From a virus (lineage: Duplodnaviria > Caudoviricetes): DNA of 64,000 nucleotides. The number at the start of each line of letters is the position of its first letter. Positions within the stretch are counted from its first letter, which is position 1. The notes beneath the pieces were generated by a model. That model ran no database searches, was not told the DNA's origin, and was given only the letters and a program-made list of their open reading frames with translations. The position numbers and the translations under genes were made by a program. The stretch spans positions 1 to 64,000 of the IMG/VR virus record IMGVR_UViG_3300036778_000017, one strand, 5' to 3'. Below, one piece after another: positions 19,446-30,320 of this stretch.

Positions 19446-20712
19446 CGGTCGTACTCCGGTGGCTTGCGGCCCAGAACCTTCCGGGCCCGATTGATGGATG
19501 TCTTCATTCGACCGCTCAGCCAGCGCTCGATCTTCCATGCAGGGTAGATCTCTCCACCCGGCAGTGACTCCCACGCATTGACGCACTCGTTCAGTGCGTC
19601 GAGCAGCCGCTCGCGGCTCGGGCCGTCGCCAGCCTCTATGTTCATGACTTCGGTCCCTCCTGTCCGGGCAGTCCAAAGACGATGCCCTCTCCGTGTCTCC
19701 ACTCGAAGACACAGAAGTCACCGCCGTCGGTGATCATGACCTTCTTCGTCGTGCCGAGGCGTGCTCCGACGCTGTGGCAGTAGTGCGTCGCCGCCTTCAC
19801 CGCCTCCTCAGCGCTGACGTGCTGGCGCACGCACTCGTATGTGTCATTGGCGAACCACTGAAACACGCTGAACTCGCCATCGGTGCTGAGCCTCGGCTCC
19901 TCGGGCAGCGGCCCCGGGTGCTTCGGCAGAAAGTCGTCACTCATGATCTGCTCCTGTTGCTGAGATCGCGAAGGCTGTCGAGCCAGCCGCACATTCGCAG
20001 CATGTTCGACTCGGCGGCGCCGTAGCCTCCGAACGCCTTCTCCTGCATGCACTCGCGAGCAGAGCCGCCGCGCTGATGTATCCGGCGGCCCTCCTCGTAT
20101 ATGGTGTCCAGCTTCACCAGCATGCGGGGCAGTCCGAGATTGATGCTCCCATCCCGCTCCTTCGCCAGCTGCGTCTTCTCCTCGTCCGACGGCTCGACGC
20201 GACCGAGGTCATCGAGTTCATCTATGATCGGTGTCCAGTTGAACCAGTGTCGGCACTTCTGGTTCGCGCACTGAATGTTCGTGGACATCCCACCGCTGGC
20301 CCCCTCGTAGAACTCCGTGCCTCCACAGTACTTGCACTTCGGCATCTCACGAATCCTCCTTCTGTCTCCTGCGCCTCGGCACTATCACAGGCGCGCTTCC
20401 GTCCATGAACTTCTCTACAGACTTCCTGACCTCTTCGAGATCACCGATGTCGGTGGCAGGCTCGAAGCGCTCCTCCCAGAACCCGGCCTCGGCCATCACG
20501 CCGGATGGCCAGCGTATCTTTCGATTGCGTATCTCCTGCACCGTGATGAACGTCAGCCAGCCGAGGTTCGGCGTGTTGCTGTCCATCATGGAGCGGACCA
20601 CGTAGCGCCCGCCAGCCCGGGGCCACGTGAGCCCCGGGTAGCGTCGTACTACACCACGGAACAGCTGGTCATTGACGCAGATGACGGGCTGTCCGATGTA
20701 GAACAGCGGCAT
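19442..20712 (-). other. Small hypothetical genes: 19442-19645, 19642-19944, 19941-20345 (CxxC Zn ribbon), 20347-20712
   Basis: Tiled ORFs with ATGA overlaps. Confidence 0.55.
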
Positions 20713-20713
20713 G

Positions 20714-21085
20714 TCACGCCCTCTTTCGCTTCTTGACCTTCTTCGGTTCCGCGGCCCGCGCCTTCTGCACGCGAGCTCGGTCCTTCTTGTTGAACGCCTT
20801 GGCGAAGGGCAACTCCTCCTCGACGTTCAGCCTCCGGGCCGGTCGGAACACGCGCTCGTATCCGACCGCTGTCACGATGCCCATGACGGTGGCATTGTGC
20901 GGTCTGCGCGTGCTGCCGTAGAACAGGGCGTCCAGCGTGGCGTAGCTCAGGTTCGCCAGCACTGCCACCTTCTGCAGTCCCTTCTTGGACATGAGGCCGA
21001 CATCAGACAGCACCGTCTGGAGCTCGTCCTTCACCGGATCCTTGTCAGTGAACCGATATGTTCTGAGTATCTTGTGTGCTGCCAA
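20714..21085 (-). CDS. Putative HTH DNA-binding protein
   Basis: LQKVAVLANLSYATLDALFYGSTRRP resembles an XRE-type HTH. Confidence 0.5.
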   Translation of the reverse strand: MAAHKILRTYRFTDKDPVKDELQTVLSDVGLMSKKGLQKVAVLANLSYATLDALFYGSTRRPHNATVMGIVTAVGYERVFRPARRLNVEEELPFAKAFNKKDRARVQKARAAEPKKVKKRKRA

Positions 21086-21487
21086 CTATGCCTCCTGTAT
21101 CTGGCAGGCGGTCTGGAACCGTTTCCGCCCCTTCATGGTGATGCGGTAGCGAACATTCTGTCCGTCACCGCTGCGCAAGATCTCCTTCTCCCTCCACAGT
21201 TCGTTGAGCGTGGAGGGAAGCGTCGAGCCCTTCTTGCCCGACGCCTCCAGCACGAGGACCAGCTGCGGCCGCGACATGGAATTCTTCGCAGCGTTCAGTG
21301 CTCCAAGCACGAGGCAGGCCGCTGACTGCGCCCCGCCCTTCTTCTGACCCGAGGTCTTGCCGGGCCGCTTCACGGTGTCGCTGACGATAGTCAGACGTGC
21401 GACACCCTTGGTCGTGTCGAGCATGCGAAACACATGCCCGAACGCGATCTCCTCGACGTCCACGAGGAGTTGCATGGGCTTCGGCAC
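21086..21487 (-). CDS. Putative winged-helix protein
   Basis: MSRPQL...TLNELWREKEILRSGDG..RYRITMKGR pattern. Confidence 0.4.
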   Translation of the reverse strand: MPKPMQLLVDVEEIAFGHVFRMLDTTKGVARLTIVSDTVKRPGKTSGQKKGGAQSAACLVLGALNAAKNSMSRPQLVLVLEASGKKGSTLPSTLNELWREKEILRSGDGQNVRYRITMKGRKRFQTACQIQEA

Positions 21488-21888
21488 TATGCCGCAGCCC
21501 GATGGACGCTCAGCGTCTTTGCGAAGTCCACGATGGCCTGCTGAAGCTCAGGCCGCAGTGCCATCGTGTTCTCGAGCAGCTGGTGGCCGATGCGCGTGGC
21601 CATGAACTTCGCGATCGCCTCGCCCCTCGAGTTCGGCTTGTAGTCCGCCTCCTCCAGGAAGTACGCGATCGGCTTGCCCAGCGCCGTGCTGATCTGCCGG
21701 AGGCGCACACCACTTGCGCGGTTCACGCCCTTCTCGTACTTCTGCACCTGCTGAAAGCTGACGCCCAGCACGTTGCCGAGATCTGACTGAGAGATCTTGG
21801 CATCAAGCCGAGCGGTCCTGATCTTCAGGCCGATCACCTTGTCCGCGGACGTCGCCGAACGCTGCTTCAACTTCTTCTTGGTAGTCAT
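21487..21888 (-). CDS. XRE-family HTH transcriptional regulator
   Basis: IGLKIRTARLDAKISQSDLGNVLGVSFQQVQKYEKGVNR, an alphaproteobacterial XRE signature. Confidence 0.9.
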   Translation of the reverse strand: MTTKKKLKQRSATSADKVIGLKIRTARLDAKISQSDLGNVLGVSFQQVQKYEKGVNRASGVRLRQISTALGKPIAYFLEEADYKPNSRGEAIAKFMATRIGHQLLENTMALRPELQQAIVDFAKTLSVHRAAA

Positions 21889-22920
21889 GCTGTTCTCCTT
21901 CGGTCACAGCTAGTGGACGTTCGCTTGGATCATAACCCGCGAAGCGAACCAGACGCGGTTCTTCAGTAGCTCCGAGACGACGGGCACGCCTCATCTCGGT
22001 ACGTCGCTCGGACTGCTTCTTCATCTGCCGAGCTCGGTACTCCTTGACAGCGACTGGACGACAGAGCTCACAGTACTTGTGCGCCTTGGTCGTGTACTCG
22101 CTGGTGAAATCACTGTGGCACTTCTTGCACGTCACGGTGATGCGCCGCACGACCATGTTGCGGCCATCCTTGGTCGAGCTCGTGCCGTGCACGTTGGTCA
22201 CCGCTGGATCTCCTCGGTGGTCAGCAGAACAACCTCCGCATCCTTCCAGCGGTTCGGCCAGTCCTGCGCTATCTCCACGCACTCCTTGTTGAAATTGTCC
22301 CGATAGTACGTGTCGTTGTCGGGGACATCGATCTCCATGACCACGCGGAGACGCTGCTTCGCCTCCCGCGCCGGACCTATCAGCGTCTCCGACCCCCGCT
22401 CGCGCCGTGAACGGGGGCCGCCGCGCCGGGCGATCGGTGCGGGTTTCTTCCTGCTGTCCTTCATCGGTCTCCTCCTCTCCTCATGACATAGTGGCGCTCG
22501 CAGAAATCCTTGCAGTCCTCGATGCGAGCCTTGTAGATGGTGCCGCGCTTCGAGCGAAGCCACTGGTCACCATAGCGCGGGAAGAACTTCTGGGAGGTGC
22601 CGTTCACCCGGACGCACGTGTAGCGCACGCCCTCCGGTGTCCGTGCCTCCCACTGCTCAGTGCTGCTCGCTGACCGCGTCCAATCGAATATGCGATCAGT
22701 GCTCGACATTCATGCCCTCCCGCCAGTAGTGGAAGGACAGCCCGATGCTCACGAGGCTGAACGCGAAGATGGAGGCCCGACCCGGGTCGTCATCTATGAA
22801 CCACGTGTTGCCCTGAGACATCAACATCGGGACAGGGCGCTGCCCCTTGATCAGGTACGCGAGTAGCTCGATCTTCTTCGCGTCTGATCCCTCTGACTCT
22901 ATCCGAAAACAGTAACGCAT
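21803..22920 (-). other. Small hypothetical genes: 21803-22201 (CxxC...CxxC), 22198-22464, 22461-22709, 22696-22920
   Basis: Tiled ORFs. Confidence 0.5.
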
Positions 22921-22921
22921 G

Positions 22922-23593
22922 TCACTCCATTCCCTTCACCTGCACGCACTTCGCCTTGACGGCGTTTGCCAGAGTGGTTGGATTGCCACCCTGCTTTATG
23001 AAGTCCTCGACGGTCTTGCCGTCGTGCTGGTACAGCAACGTCCAGCGCGCGAACGGCGCGGAGCCCTCCTTCTTCGGATTGGGCTTCAGCACCTTGATCT
23101 TGCTCTCCATCGGGAGCGCAAGCTTCTCGGCCCTCACCTCCGACTTGTTCTTCAGGTCCGTGCGCGTGGTCTTCACTCGAACGCCCTTGGCGTCCATGTC
23201 CGTCTTGCGCGGCAGCGCCCACGGGTAGATATCTGCAATCGCCTTCTGGCTGGTCGCGCTCAGCTTCTTGAACAGGGCCACGTCGCGGTCGCCCTTGTCC
23301 ACGTAGTCGAGCATCGCTCGGTGGTCCTTCTGCACCTCCGGGTCCGGCTTGCCAGCACGCGCCAGCTTCTTCGCGTCCTCGAGGTTCTTGCGTGCGCCGA
23401 TTGGCTTCATGTCGCGATACACGTAGAATGTCTTGGACCTGTCCGAGTTCTCTGACATGAGCTTGATGCGCGGCGCGTGCGACTCGCCGTCTGGAACGTG
23501 GTCGAGAGACCACTTGTCCTTGTCTGTCATGGACTGGAGCCAGATCCACTCGCGGGCTCGGTCCTTTAGAACTTTCAGTGCTGCCTTGGCCAC
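22922..23593 (-). CDS. Hypothetical basic protein; C-terminal domain paralogous to 17966-18622
   Basis: KVLKPNPKKEGSAPFARW...GKTVEDFIKQGG. Confidence 0.7.
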   Translation of the reverse strand: MAKAALKVLKDRAREWIWLQSMTDKDKWSLDHVPDGESHAPRIKLMSENSDRSKTFYVYRDMKPIGARKNLEDAKKLARAGKPDPEVQKDHRAMLDYVDKGDRDVALFKKLSATSQKAIADIYPWALPRKTDMDAKGVRVKTTRTDLKNKSEVRAEKLALPMESKIKVLKPNPKKEGSAPFARWTLLYQHDGKTVEDFIKQGGNPTTLANAVKAKCVQVKGME

Positions 23594-23725
23594 TTCCCTA
23601 CTCCTTGTTGAACCTACACGTGCAGACCGTGCTCGGTATGCCCATGGCCTGCTTGAAGTCGCAGTAGTGCGCGACTATGATGTATCCAATCAGGGCGATC
23701 CACCCTGCCTCGCGAAGCAGGCGCA

Positions 23726-24451
23726 TCACTGCTTTCCGATGGCGAGACGGCCCGCGCCCTTGTCCTTGCCGACCTGAGTGTGCAGCCCGATGTCATCAGC
23801 GGCTCTGCGACCCAGCACGGCGTGCAGGCCGTGCTTCAGCTTGGACTTCTTGGCGTGCTTACTCTCGAAGCCCTTGGCTGCCTGCACTGACTCGATCAGG
23901 GCCTTCTCGCTGGTGAACAGCGCGGGCAGGTTCAGCGGGTTCTCGCCGCTCCACTGCGGCTTGTCCGCCTGCATGGCGCGTGCTGTCATCTCGTCGAGAC
24001 GCTCGCACAGCCTGATGAACGCCCCGCGCCGGAAGTCTATCATGTCCTTGTTCTGCGCGCCCCACTGCCGAGCATGATCCTTGGAGAGACGGATCACGGT
24101 GCGCACGAGGTACTGACCCATCTCGACGGCCACGACGACGTTGTGCCTGCGGCCGAAGATGGTCCAGTGTCCACCGCCGCGCCCGGGTGCAACGCCCTTG
24201 CACATATAGAACCGGCAGACGGCCCAGAACAGACGACGCCGCGCGGGGCTGTTGAACTCGTCCTTCTGCGTGAACATGTCCACGCTATCGTCGTTCTCTG
24301 CCCTGACGTTCTCCATCGACAGGTTGTGCCGGGACAGGAGCTCCTGCACCTTGGCCGCGAATGTCGCGGCCTCGTGTTCGTTGGTCGTGCCCTCGGCCTT
24401 GGCCATCAGGGCGCGTATGGTCTTGATCAGCTTGTCACTGATGTCGCTCAC
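23726..24451 (-). CDS. DUF2786-domain protein
   Basis: IKTIRALMAKAEGTTNEHEAATFAAKVQELLSRHNLS; GTG start with GGAGA RBS. Confidence 0.75.
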   Translation of the reverse strand: MSDISDKLIKTIRALMAKAEGTTNEHEAATFAAKVQELLSRHNLSMENVRAENDDSVDMFTQKDEFNSPARRRLFWAVCRFYMCKGVAPGRGGGHWTIFGRRHNVVVAVEMGQYLVRTVIRLSKDHARQWGAQNKDMIDFRRGAFIRLCERLDEMTARAMQADKPQWSGENPLNLPALFTSEKALIESVQAAKGFESKHAKKSKLKHGLHAVLGRRAADDIGLHTQVGKDKGAGRLAIGKQ

Positions 24452-24543
24452 GTTGGTCTCCACAAGTTTGGGGTTGCAGTTGCACGCCTGCACACTATAG
24501 CGCGGGCCGTGTTCCTGTGCCAGCCGAGGCTGGTCACCATTCT

Positions 24544-26998
24544 TTAGTCCCGGTTCCATCTCCGGTAGGTCCGCGCTTCTTCCTGCCCTCTGCGCGCGGC
24601 CTCGCGGCCCTGCTCGTACAGGTCGTGTCGACGGCCGGGTCGGTACGGATTGGTCTGGTATCGCTTCGGAACATCTCCTTCGATCGAAGCGATACCCCAG
24701 TTCCACGCCTCCTCCGCAGCGTGACCGCTGGTGGTCATGCGCATGAAGCGCTTGAACTCGCGCGTCGAGTGCTGAGGATCGTACATCATCTCGCGGTGCG
24801 TCAGATTGCGCTGTGTCATGGCTGCGCGTGCTCCTGTGCCAGTTCCCTAGCAACGCGCCGCGCCAGATCATCGTCTATCCCAGCGTCGTGCAGTGCGTCG
24901 AACGCCAGTGTATAGACTTCGTCGTAGATGGTGTCAGCACTGGCATCTTCTGCCCATTCCGCATTGCGCTCGACGTTGCCACGAGCAATCTCCTTCAGAC
25001 GCTGCCACTCCGCATCGTCCTGCTTCTTTAGTCGCCTCATCGCCATGTCAGTTCCTCCATGATCTGAGATACTTCACGACCTCGGCACAGAACGCCGAGG
25101 ACCATTGCGTGTTGTCCATCAGTAGATCGCGACGCTGTCCGGAGGAAAGGATGCCGAGATCCCTCTGCGCCTTCTCAATGATCTCCTTGGCGCGCTCGAC
25201 GTCCTCTCGCTCTACCGCCACGGCATAACCCTCCATCCGAACGACGCCCAGCGCTCCGGCGTTGGACTACTGTGGCTCCGCATCATGAGACGACGCTTGC
25301 CGCGTGCCTCGAGATAGCTCATGGTCTCCTGATCTGCTGGCCAGCACGAGTCGTATCGCAGCATGTCCAGCGGAAACGAGCCAACACCCTCGACGACGAA
25401 CTCGTAAAGGAAGCGGGGCCGCTCGGTGGCGAGCAGCAGATGCTTCTGAATATTCATGTGATCCTCCAGGGTCGGGGCGGCTTCTGCCGCCCCTGTCCTC
25501 GACTTTACTTGCTGCGCTTCACAGCGTGCTTCGCACGGCTGGCGGCTGCGGTCTTCTTGGCGTGCAGCTGCACGATGTCCGCGGACTTCTTCGCTGCGGT
25601 CTTCTTGGCCCCCGCCTTGCGCGCCTTCACCTTGGCCGGAACCTTCCGGGACATGATGAGTTCGTACTTGGCCTTGGCGACAGCCGCCTTGCCCTGCAAG
25701 AAGCGAACTCGCTTGAGAGCGCGCCGCAGGCGGGGGTCGGCCTTGGTCTCGGATGCGATCGCAGTGTGCAGGGCAGTGAGAGCCTTGATGACGGCGTCGT
25801 ACTTGGAAGTGGTGGCCATTGGATAGTCTCCTTCGTTGATAAGCGCCGCGCACGCGGCGGATGCGGAAGTGCATCGTGCTGCGGCCGCAGGGGCCGCAGT
25901 GTCGATGAACTTCACTTGATAACGCGGATGGACTGATAGTTCTCCCACGCGATGGTGCGGAGCGGATTGCCGCCGCCCCACACTATGAACTGGCAGGAGA
26001 CGAAGAACTTCGGAGTGTGGCACTGCGACGGTTGCGTGTTGACGCAGTACATGGTGTAGAACGTGATGAACCCGACGATCGTGATGAACTTACCCATTGC
26101 TTGGCTCCTTCGTGAAGCGGATCGGAAGCGCGCCTGCGCTGATCCAGTGTGACTTGGTCTCTCCGTCATATCGATAGTAGTACCCGGGCGGATCGTCCGG
26201 GCTGTCTCCGTTGTACTCGCCAGTGATCACCACCTTTCTGGTGCCGTGATACAGCGTTGCGCCGACCACGCTCATGACTGCCTCCGCTTGGCCAGCCAAG
26301 CAAGATAGGTGTCCTGCTGGCGCGGGTCGACATACCGTGCGGTCTGTGCCGTCAGGTGCCGAAGCGCCTCGCGCTGTGCGATGCGGATGGCCTCTGCAAT
26401 GATCTCGGCGCGGTTCTTGGTTTCTGCTTCACTCATGAATTGTCTCCTATGTTCGCGATGATGTCGTTGCACTTGTGCCACCTGCCGTCCGCGTGCTGGA
26501 AGACAGCGACGCGGGCATGCTCGAACGTCTTGGACTTGGTGCGGTACATGCAGATCTGCACGCCAGCGTACTCGTGCACCTTATCGATGAAGATGGCGCA
26601 TGATGGATGCGTGCGCTCGATCTCGACCATGAACGCGGCGCGCATGGCCTGAGCGGCGCGGAGCCGGCCGAAGCCAGCCCCGTCGCCCTGTCCTGCTTTC
26701 GGGTTCATCATGTTCACTTCTCCACGATGTGAGGAAGAGCCGACTTCATCTCTTCGGCCCATGCCTTGACGTCGGCAGCTGCCTGAGCATGCTGCCCGCG
26801 CTTGTACTTCTTGCCGGTGATCCCGGACGCTGCCTGAAGCATCTTGGTCGGTGTCCATGCGCGGTTGGGCACGATGCCCGCCTTTGCGTACAGCGACAGA
26901 CCGGAAGCGATCGTGAAGGCCCGTATCATCGAGACAGCGTCGGGTCCTGCGAACAGTGTTCCGCCGGTGCTGTGCTTGACATAGCTTTCATTTGACAT
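24544..26998 (-). other. Early small-gene block: 24544-24819, 24816-25046, 25048-25236, 25212-25457, 25505-25819 (basic), 25912-26097, 26090-26275, 26272-26436, 26433-26711, 26714-26998
   Basis: Short tiled ORFs with strong RBSs, next to the large intergenic region; typical of a host-takeover region. Confidence 0.55.
25860..25875. repeat. Hairpin repeat GATGCGGAAGTGCATC, copy 1
   Basis: Identical to 27021-27036; both are upstream of minus-strand start codons. Confidence 0.75.
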
Positions 26999-27019
26999 GC
27001 CAGTACTCCATTTCGTGGC

Positions 27020-27102
27020 TGATGCGGAAGTGCATCACGGAACAGTGCGGACACTGTTCTGCGATACACTGCGGAGAGCCCGGTATATGACCGGGATCTC
27101 CG
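27020..27102 (-). promoter_or_regulatory. Three tandem hairpins in the leader of the first early gene
   Basis: Stems 27020-27037, 27040-27059 (8 bp perfect) and 27072-27102 (6+6 bp). Confidence 0.55.
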
Positions 27103-27728
27103 TCAGTGAATTCGGTTACCGTGACACATTGAAGTGGCGGACTATTACGACCAGAAGTAGGAAACCAGCTGCTAGGTGCGGGGGCTAATGCGCTAATGGG
27201 GCGCGGCCTAAATGCGTAGCAACTACCTATCTAACCCTTGCTTGGTTGCTGCCGTGTGTCGCGAGCGCGATCGGAACGGACCGGCCACTGAGGGCCCTGA
27301 GCAAACCAGATGGAGGCTATCTGGAAGGGTGCTGCCGTGTAGGGGCGTTGGCCGGGCACCAGCCGGTAGGCACAACCTAGCACGCCCCGGGCGGCCCGGC
27401 GACGCACTGGTGGACATGGTTAACAGATCACTGCCAAGGGGCGGCCCGGGGCGACCCAATACGCGCATATATAAAGGCTGGAGCAGGAGCGGCCCCAAAG
27501 TGGCTACAGGGGCAGCGCCCAGCTGCGCGGGCCGCACCAGCGGCCACTCTATGGTCCGCGCGGACCGTCCTGGGACCCGTGGCGCGGACCCGGGGCGGCC
27601 CGACCGGACGTTAACCCTTTCTTAACCACGTTCACAATATCCTCCTAGGCAGGCCCCGGGCAACCCGGGCAGGCTGGTGCCTGCCCCGCCGCGCTGGTGC
27701 GGTTGGGATAACGCAAGGGTAGTAGCCA

Positions 27729-27977
27729 ATGGCCATACGAATGTCGGAGAAGGAAGTGCGGCGCTGGATGAAACACGATCAGGCAAGCCGCGATGAGATG
27801 CTTGGAATATACTGGGAGGCAACGGAGAAGGGAACACGGCACGCCATGCTGACGGAGGGCATGAGGATTGCACATATCCGGTTCCTTCGTGATCAGCTTC
27901 TCGAGTGCATGAAGAAGGGCGAACACCTGTACGTCGAGAAGGGCACACCGAAGCAGGGCAGCAAGCCGATCGTCTGA
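27729..27977 (+). CDS. Hypothetical protein (82 aa)
   Basis: Lone plus-strand ORF followed by a terminator. Confidence 0.55.
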   Translation: MAIRMSEKEVRRWMKHDQASRDEMLGIYWEATEKGTRHAMLTEGMRIAHIRFLRDQLLECMKKGEHLYVEKGTPKQGSKPIV

Positions 27978-27981
27978 AAAT

Positions 27982-30144
27982 CTAGGCAGCAAGTAACTCA
28001 GGAGCCCGGCCCTTGCCGGGCTTTCTTGCGTCTGAGAACGGATACTTGGCCGTTCCCCACGTCTCGCCATACTCCTCGTCAACGCGCATCGGCACGCTGA
28101 TTCTGATCGCGTTGCGCATTATCTCACCAATGGCCTGCCCGTCCTTCTCGCGTGTCAGCGAGAACGCGAGCTCATCGTGCATCTGAAGCATCGGTATGAA
28201 GCCAGCCCGGGCGCACATGGCCATAGCCTTCTTCGTCTGGCGAGCAGCGGAACCCTGGATCAAGCGGTTCATCGCCTTGCGCGTGTCGGCACGGCGAAGC
28301 TTCTTGCCGAACCACGGATGGCCCTTGGTCTCGCAGCGCTCGAGCGCCTCCTCCAGTCGGCAGCTGTTCATGGCGAACTTGTACGCATAGCCGCGCCGCT
28401 TCTCCTCACGGTCCAGCCACTTCGGCTCAAAGTCATCGAAGTGCGATCGCGCCTTGTCGATCATGCGGATGTATCCGCGGTCCTCGGCATAGCCCTGACA
28501 CAGCGCGTTCAGCTGCTTGACGAACGGCATCTCGCCGTCGTACTGCCCCATCACCTGCTCCGCCTCATCAAGCGTCATGCCGGTCATGGCAGCAAACTTC
28601 TTGACCCCCGCTCCGTACGCCTTCGCGAAGTTCACGTCCTTGGCGCGGCGTCGAGTGAGACCAGTCATCTCGACCACCAGATTGTGGAAGTCGGTGTTCG
28701 GGTCACTCAGGTACTTGGCCACGGCCTCGTCGGCCTTCTTGCAGCCGAGTAGAGCAGCGTAGTGCACGATCAGGCGATACTCCTGCTGCGAGTAGTCCGG
28801 AGCGAACCACAGCTGCCCCCTCTCCGGGAGGAACGCCATGCGCAGATACTTCGCGATCATCTCCGTCGTGTGCCAGCCCTCCACCGGGTCCGGCCGAGAT
28901 GGCATCTGCTGAAGCGGGGGTTCCGAATAGCTGAACCGATGCGAGCGTGTTCCACCGTCCTCAGTCTTGAACTGATTGATGTTGGCGTGTATGCGGCCCT
29001 CGTACACTGAGTTCTTGAGATACGCCCTGACGAACTTGGTCGCGGCCTCGTGGCACTGCTTCGCCTCTGCTATCGCCCGGGGCAGCGGATGCTCGGACGC
29101 GCGCATCCAGTCCTTGCTGAACTCAGTCTCTACCTCGCCGTCCTCGTCCTCGCCGCGCATGTACTCTTCTTCATCCACACCGTGGACCTGACATGCCTGG
29201 ATGAGCCATGACTTCTGGCGTATCTCGTCGATGGACACTCTCTGCTTCGTGATGTCGTATATCTTGTTGAGCGCGAATTGATACTGCTTCATGAGCTCGT
29301 TCTCGAGCCAGTCCAGCCTCTCCTCGTTGACGCGGACACCACGCTTGCGCATGGCGTGCACCACCGGGATCAATTCCATCTCTAGATCGTAGGCACCTGT
29401 CAGGTCCTGCTCCTCGATCTGCGGTACCATCTTCTCGAATGCCAGCAAAGTCGAGCGCGCGTCCTGTTCGGCATACGGTCCCACGTATCTGGCTGGCATC
29501 TTGGCGAGATACTTCTTGACGTCGTCGCCCTTGTATCCGAAGCTGAACGCTGCGTCTCGCAGCATTGCCTCGTCCTTGCGCTCTACACCACACCACTCAG
29601 CAATGGAGTCCAGGCTGTACGCACTCTTCTGTCCCTTCTTGGCCCTGCGGTTCTCATCAATCATCATGGCCTGACAGCCGATGTCATTGATGAACTCGTA
29701 GTCCGGTAGCTCGAGACCGAGGCCGCCGCTGTACTCTCCGGCGTTGAACCATCCTAGATCATATCCCGCGTTGCAGAAGATGCGACGCTGTCCCTTCTTG
29801 GCCCTCAGCAGATGCTGGACCCACTTCTTGGCTCGCGAGCGATCGAAGCAGTTCGTGTCCGGATGTTCGATCGGCACGTAGATCGAGCGGACCTCTCCGC
29901 CCTGTCTCCATGCCGCTGACACACCGGCTATGTATCCTCCAGCTGAGCGAGAGTTGAACGCCCAGCCCGGTCCTGCTCCTCGTATTATACCATTGTCCAG
30001 TTCCTCGCTGTCTATCGCCACGTCCTGGACACGACTGAGGTCTGGCAGTTCCCCCGGCACGACCCAGCTGCTCTCTGGCGTTATCAGGGGCATCTGGCTC
30101 GGATCCAGCTTTGTTCTGCGCGGCTTGATGGATCTTGTCTTCAT
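27982..30144 (-). CDS. polA: DNA polymerase, family A, with 3'-5' exonuclease domain
   Basis: Exonuclease motifs IDSE, NAGYD, YAEQD; motif A PDYSQQEYR, motif B RRRAKDVNFAKAYG, motif C MHDEL. Confidence 0.95.
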   Translation of the reverse strand: MKTRSIKPRRTKLDPSQMPLITPESSWVVPGELPDLSRVQDVAIDSEELDNGIIRGAGPGWAFNSRSAGGYIAGVSAAWRQGGEVRSIYVPIEHPDTNCFDRSRAKKWVQHLLRAKKGQRRIFCNAGYDLGWFNAGEYSGGLGLELPDYEFINDIGCQAMMIDENRRAKKGQKSAYSLDSIAEWCGVERKDEAMLRDAAFSFGYKGDDVKKYLAKMPARYVGPYAEQDARSTLLAFEKMVPQIEEQDLTGAYDLEMELIPVVHAMRKRGVRVNEERLDWLENELMKQYQFALNKIYDITKQRVSIDEIRQKSWLIQACQVHGVDEEEYMRGEDEDGEVETEFSKDWMRASEHPLPRAIAEAKQCHEAATKFVRAYLKNSVYEGRIHANINQFKTEDGGTRSHRFSYSEPPLQQMPSRPDPVEGWHTTEMIAKYLRMAFLPERGQLWFAPDYSQQEYRLIVHYAALLGCKKADEAVAKYLSDPNTDFHNLVVEMTGLTRRRAKDVNFAKAYGAGVKKFAAMTGMTLDEAEQVMGQYDGEMPFVKQLNALCQGYAEDRGYIRMIDKARSHFDDFEPKWLDREEKRRGYAYKFAMNSCRLEEALERCETKGHPWFGKKLRRADTRKAMNRLIQGSAARQTKKAMAMCARAGFIPMLQMHDELAFSLTREKDGQAIGEIMRNAIRISVPMRVDEEYGETWGTAKYPFSDARKPGKGRAPELLAA
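28003..28027 (+). terminator. Intrinsic terminator
   Basis: AGCCCGGC-CCTT-GCCGGGCT-TTCTT. Confidence 0.65.
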
Positions 30145-30320
30145 CTGAACAGCTTGTCTAACAGAGGATACCACGCCACGCCGACGTAGATTATGAACGT
30201 GTACGTGATGTTGAACACCGTGACACTATTGGTCTTGCTGTGCACGTACAGAGGAATGACGATCGCAAAACCCGCGACCGTCACGTAGTAGTAAGCTCGT
30301 ACGAGAGCCTCGATGATCAT
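30141..30320 (-). CDS. 59-aa two-TM protein (not in track)
   Basis: MIIEALVRAYYYVTVAGFAIVIPLYV...FIIYVGVAWYPLLDKLFR; overlaps both neighbours (TGATG/ATGA). Confidence 0.55.
   Translation of the reverse strand: MIIEALVRAYYYVTVAGFAIVIPLYVHSKTNSVTVFNITYTFIIYVGVAWYPLLDKLFR

Noticed and set aside
25208-25219. Second ops-like sequence GGCGGTAGAGCG (minus strand)
   Set aside because: It lacks the conserved terminal TG spacing and lies in coding sequence of an early gene.
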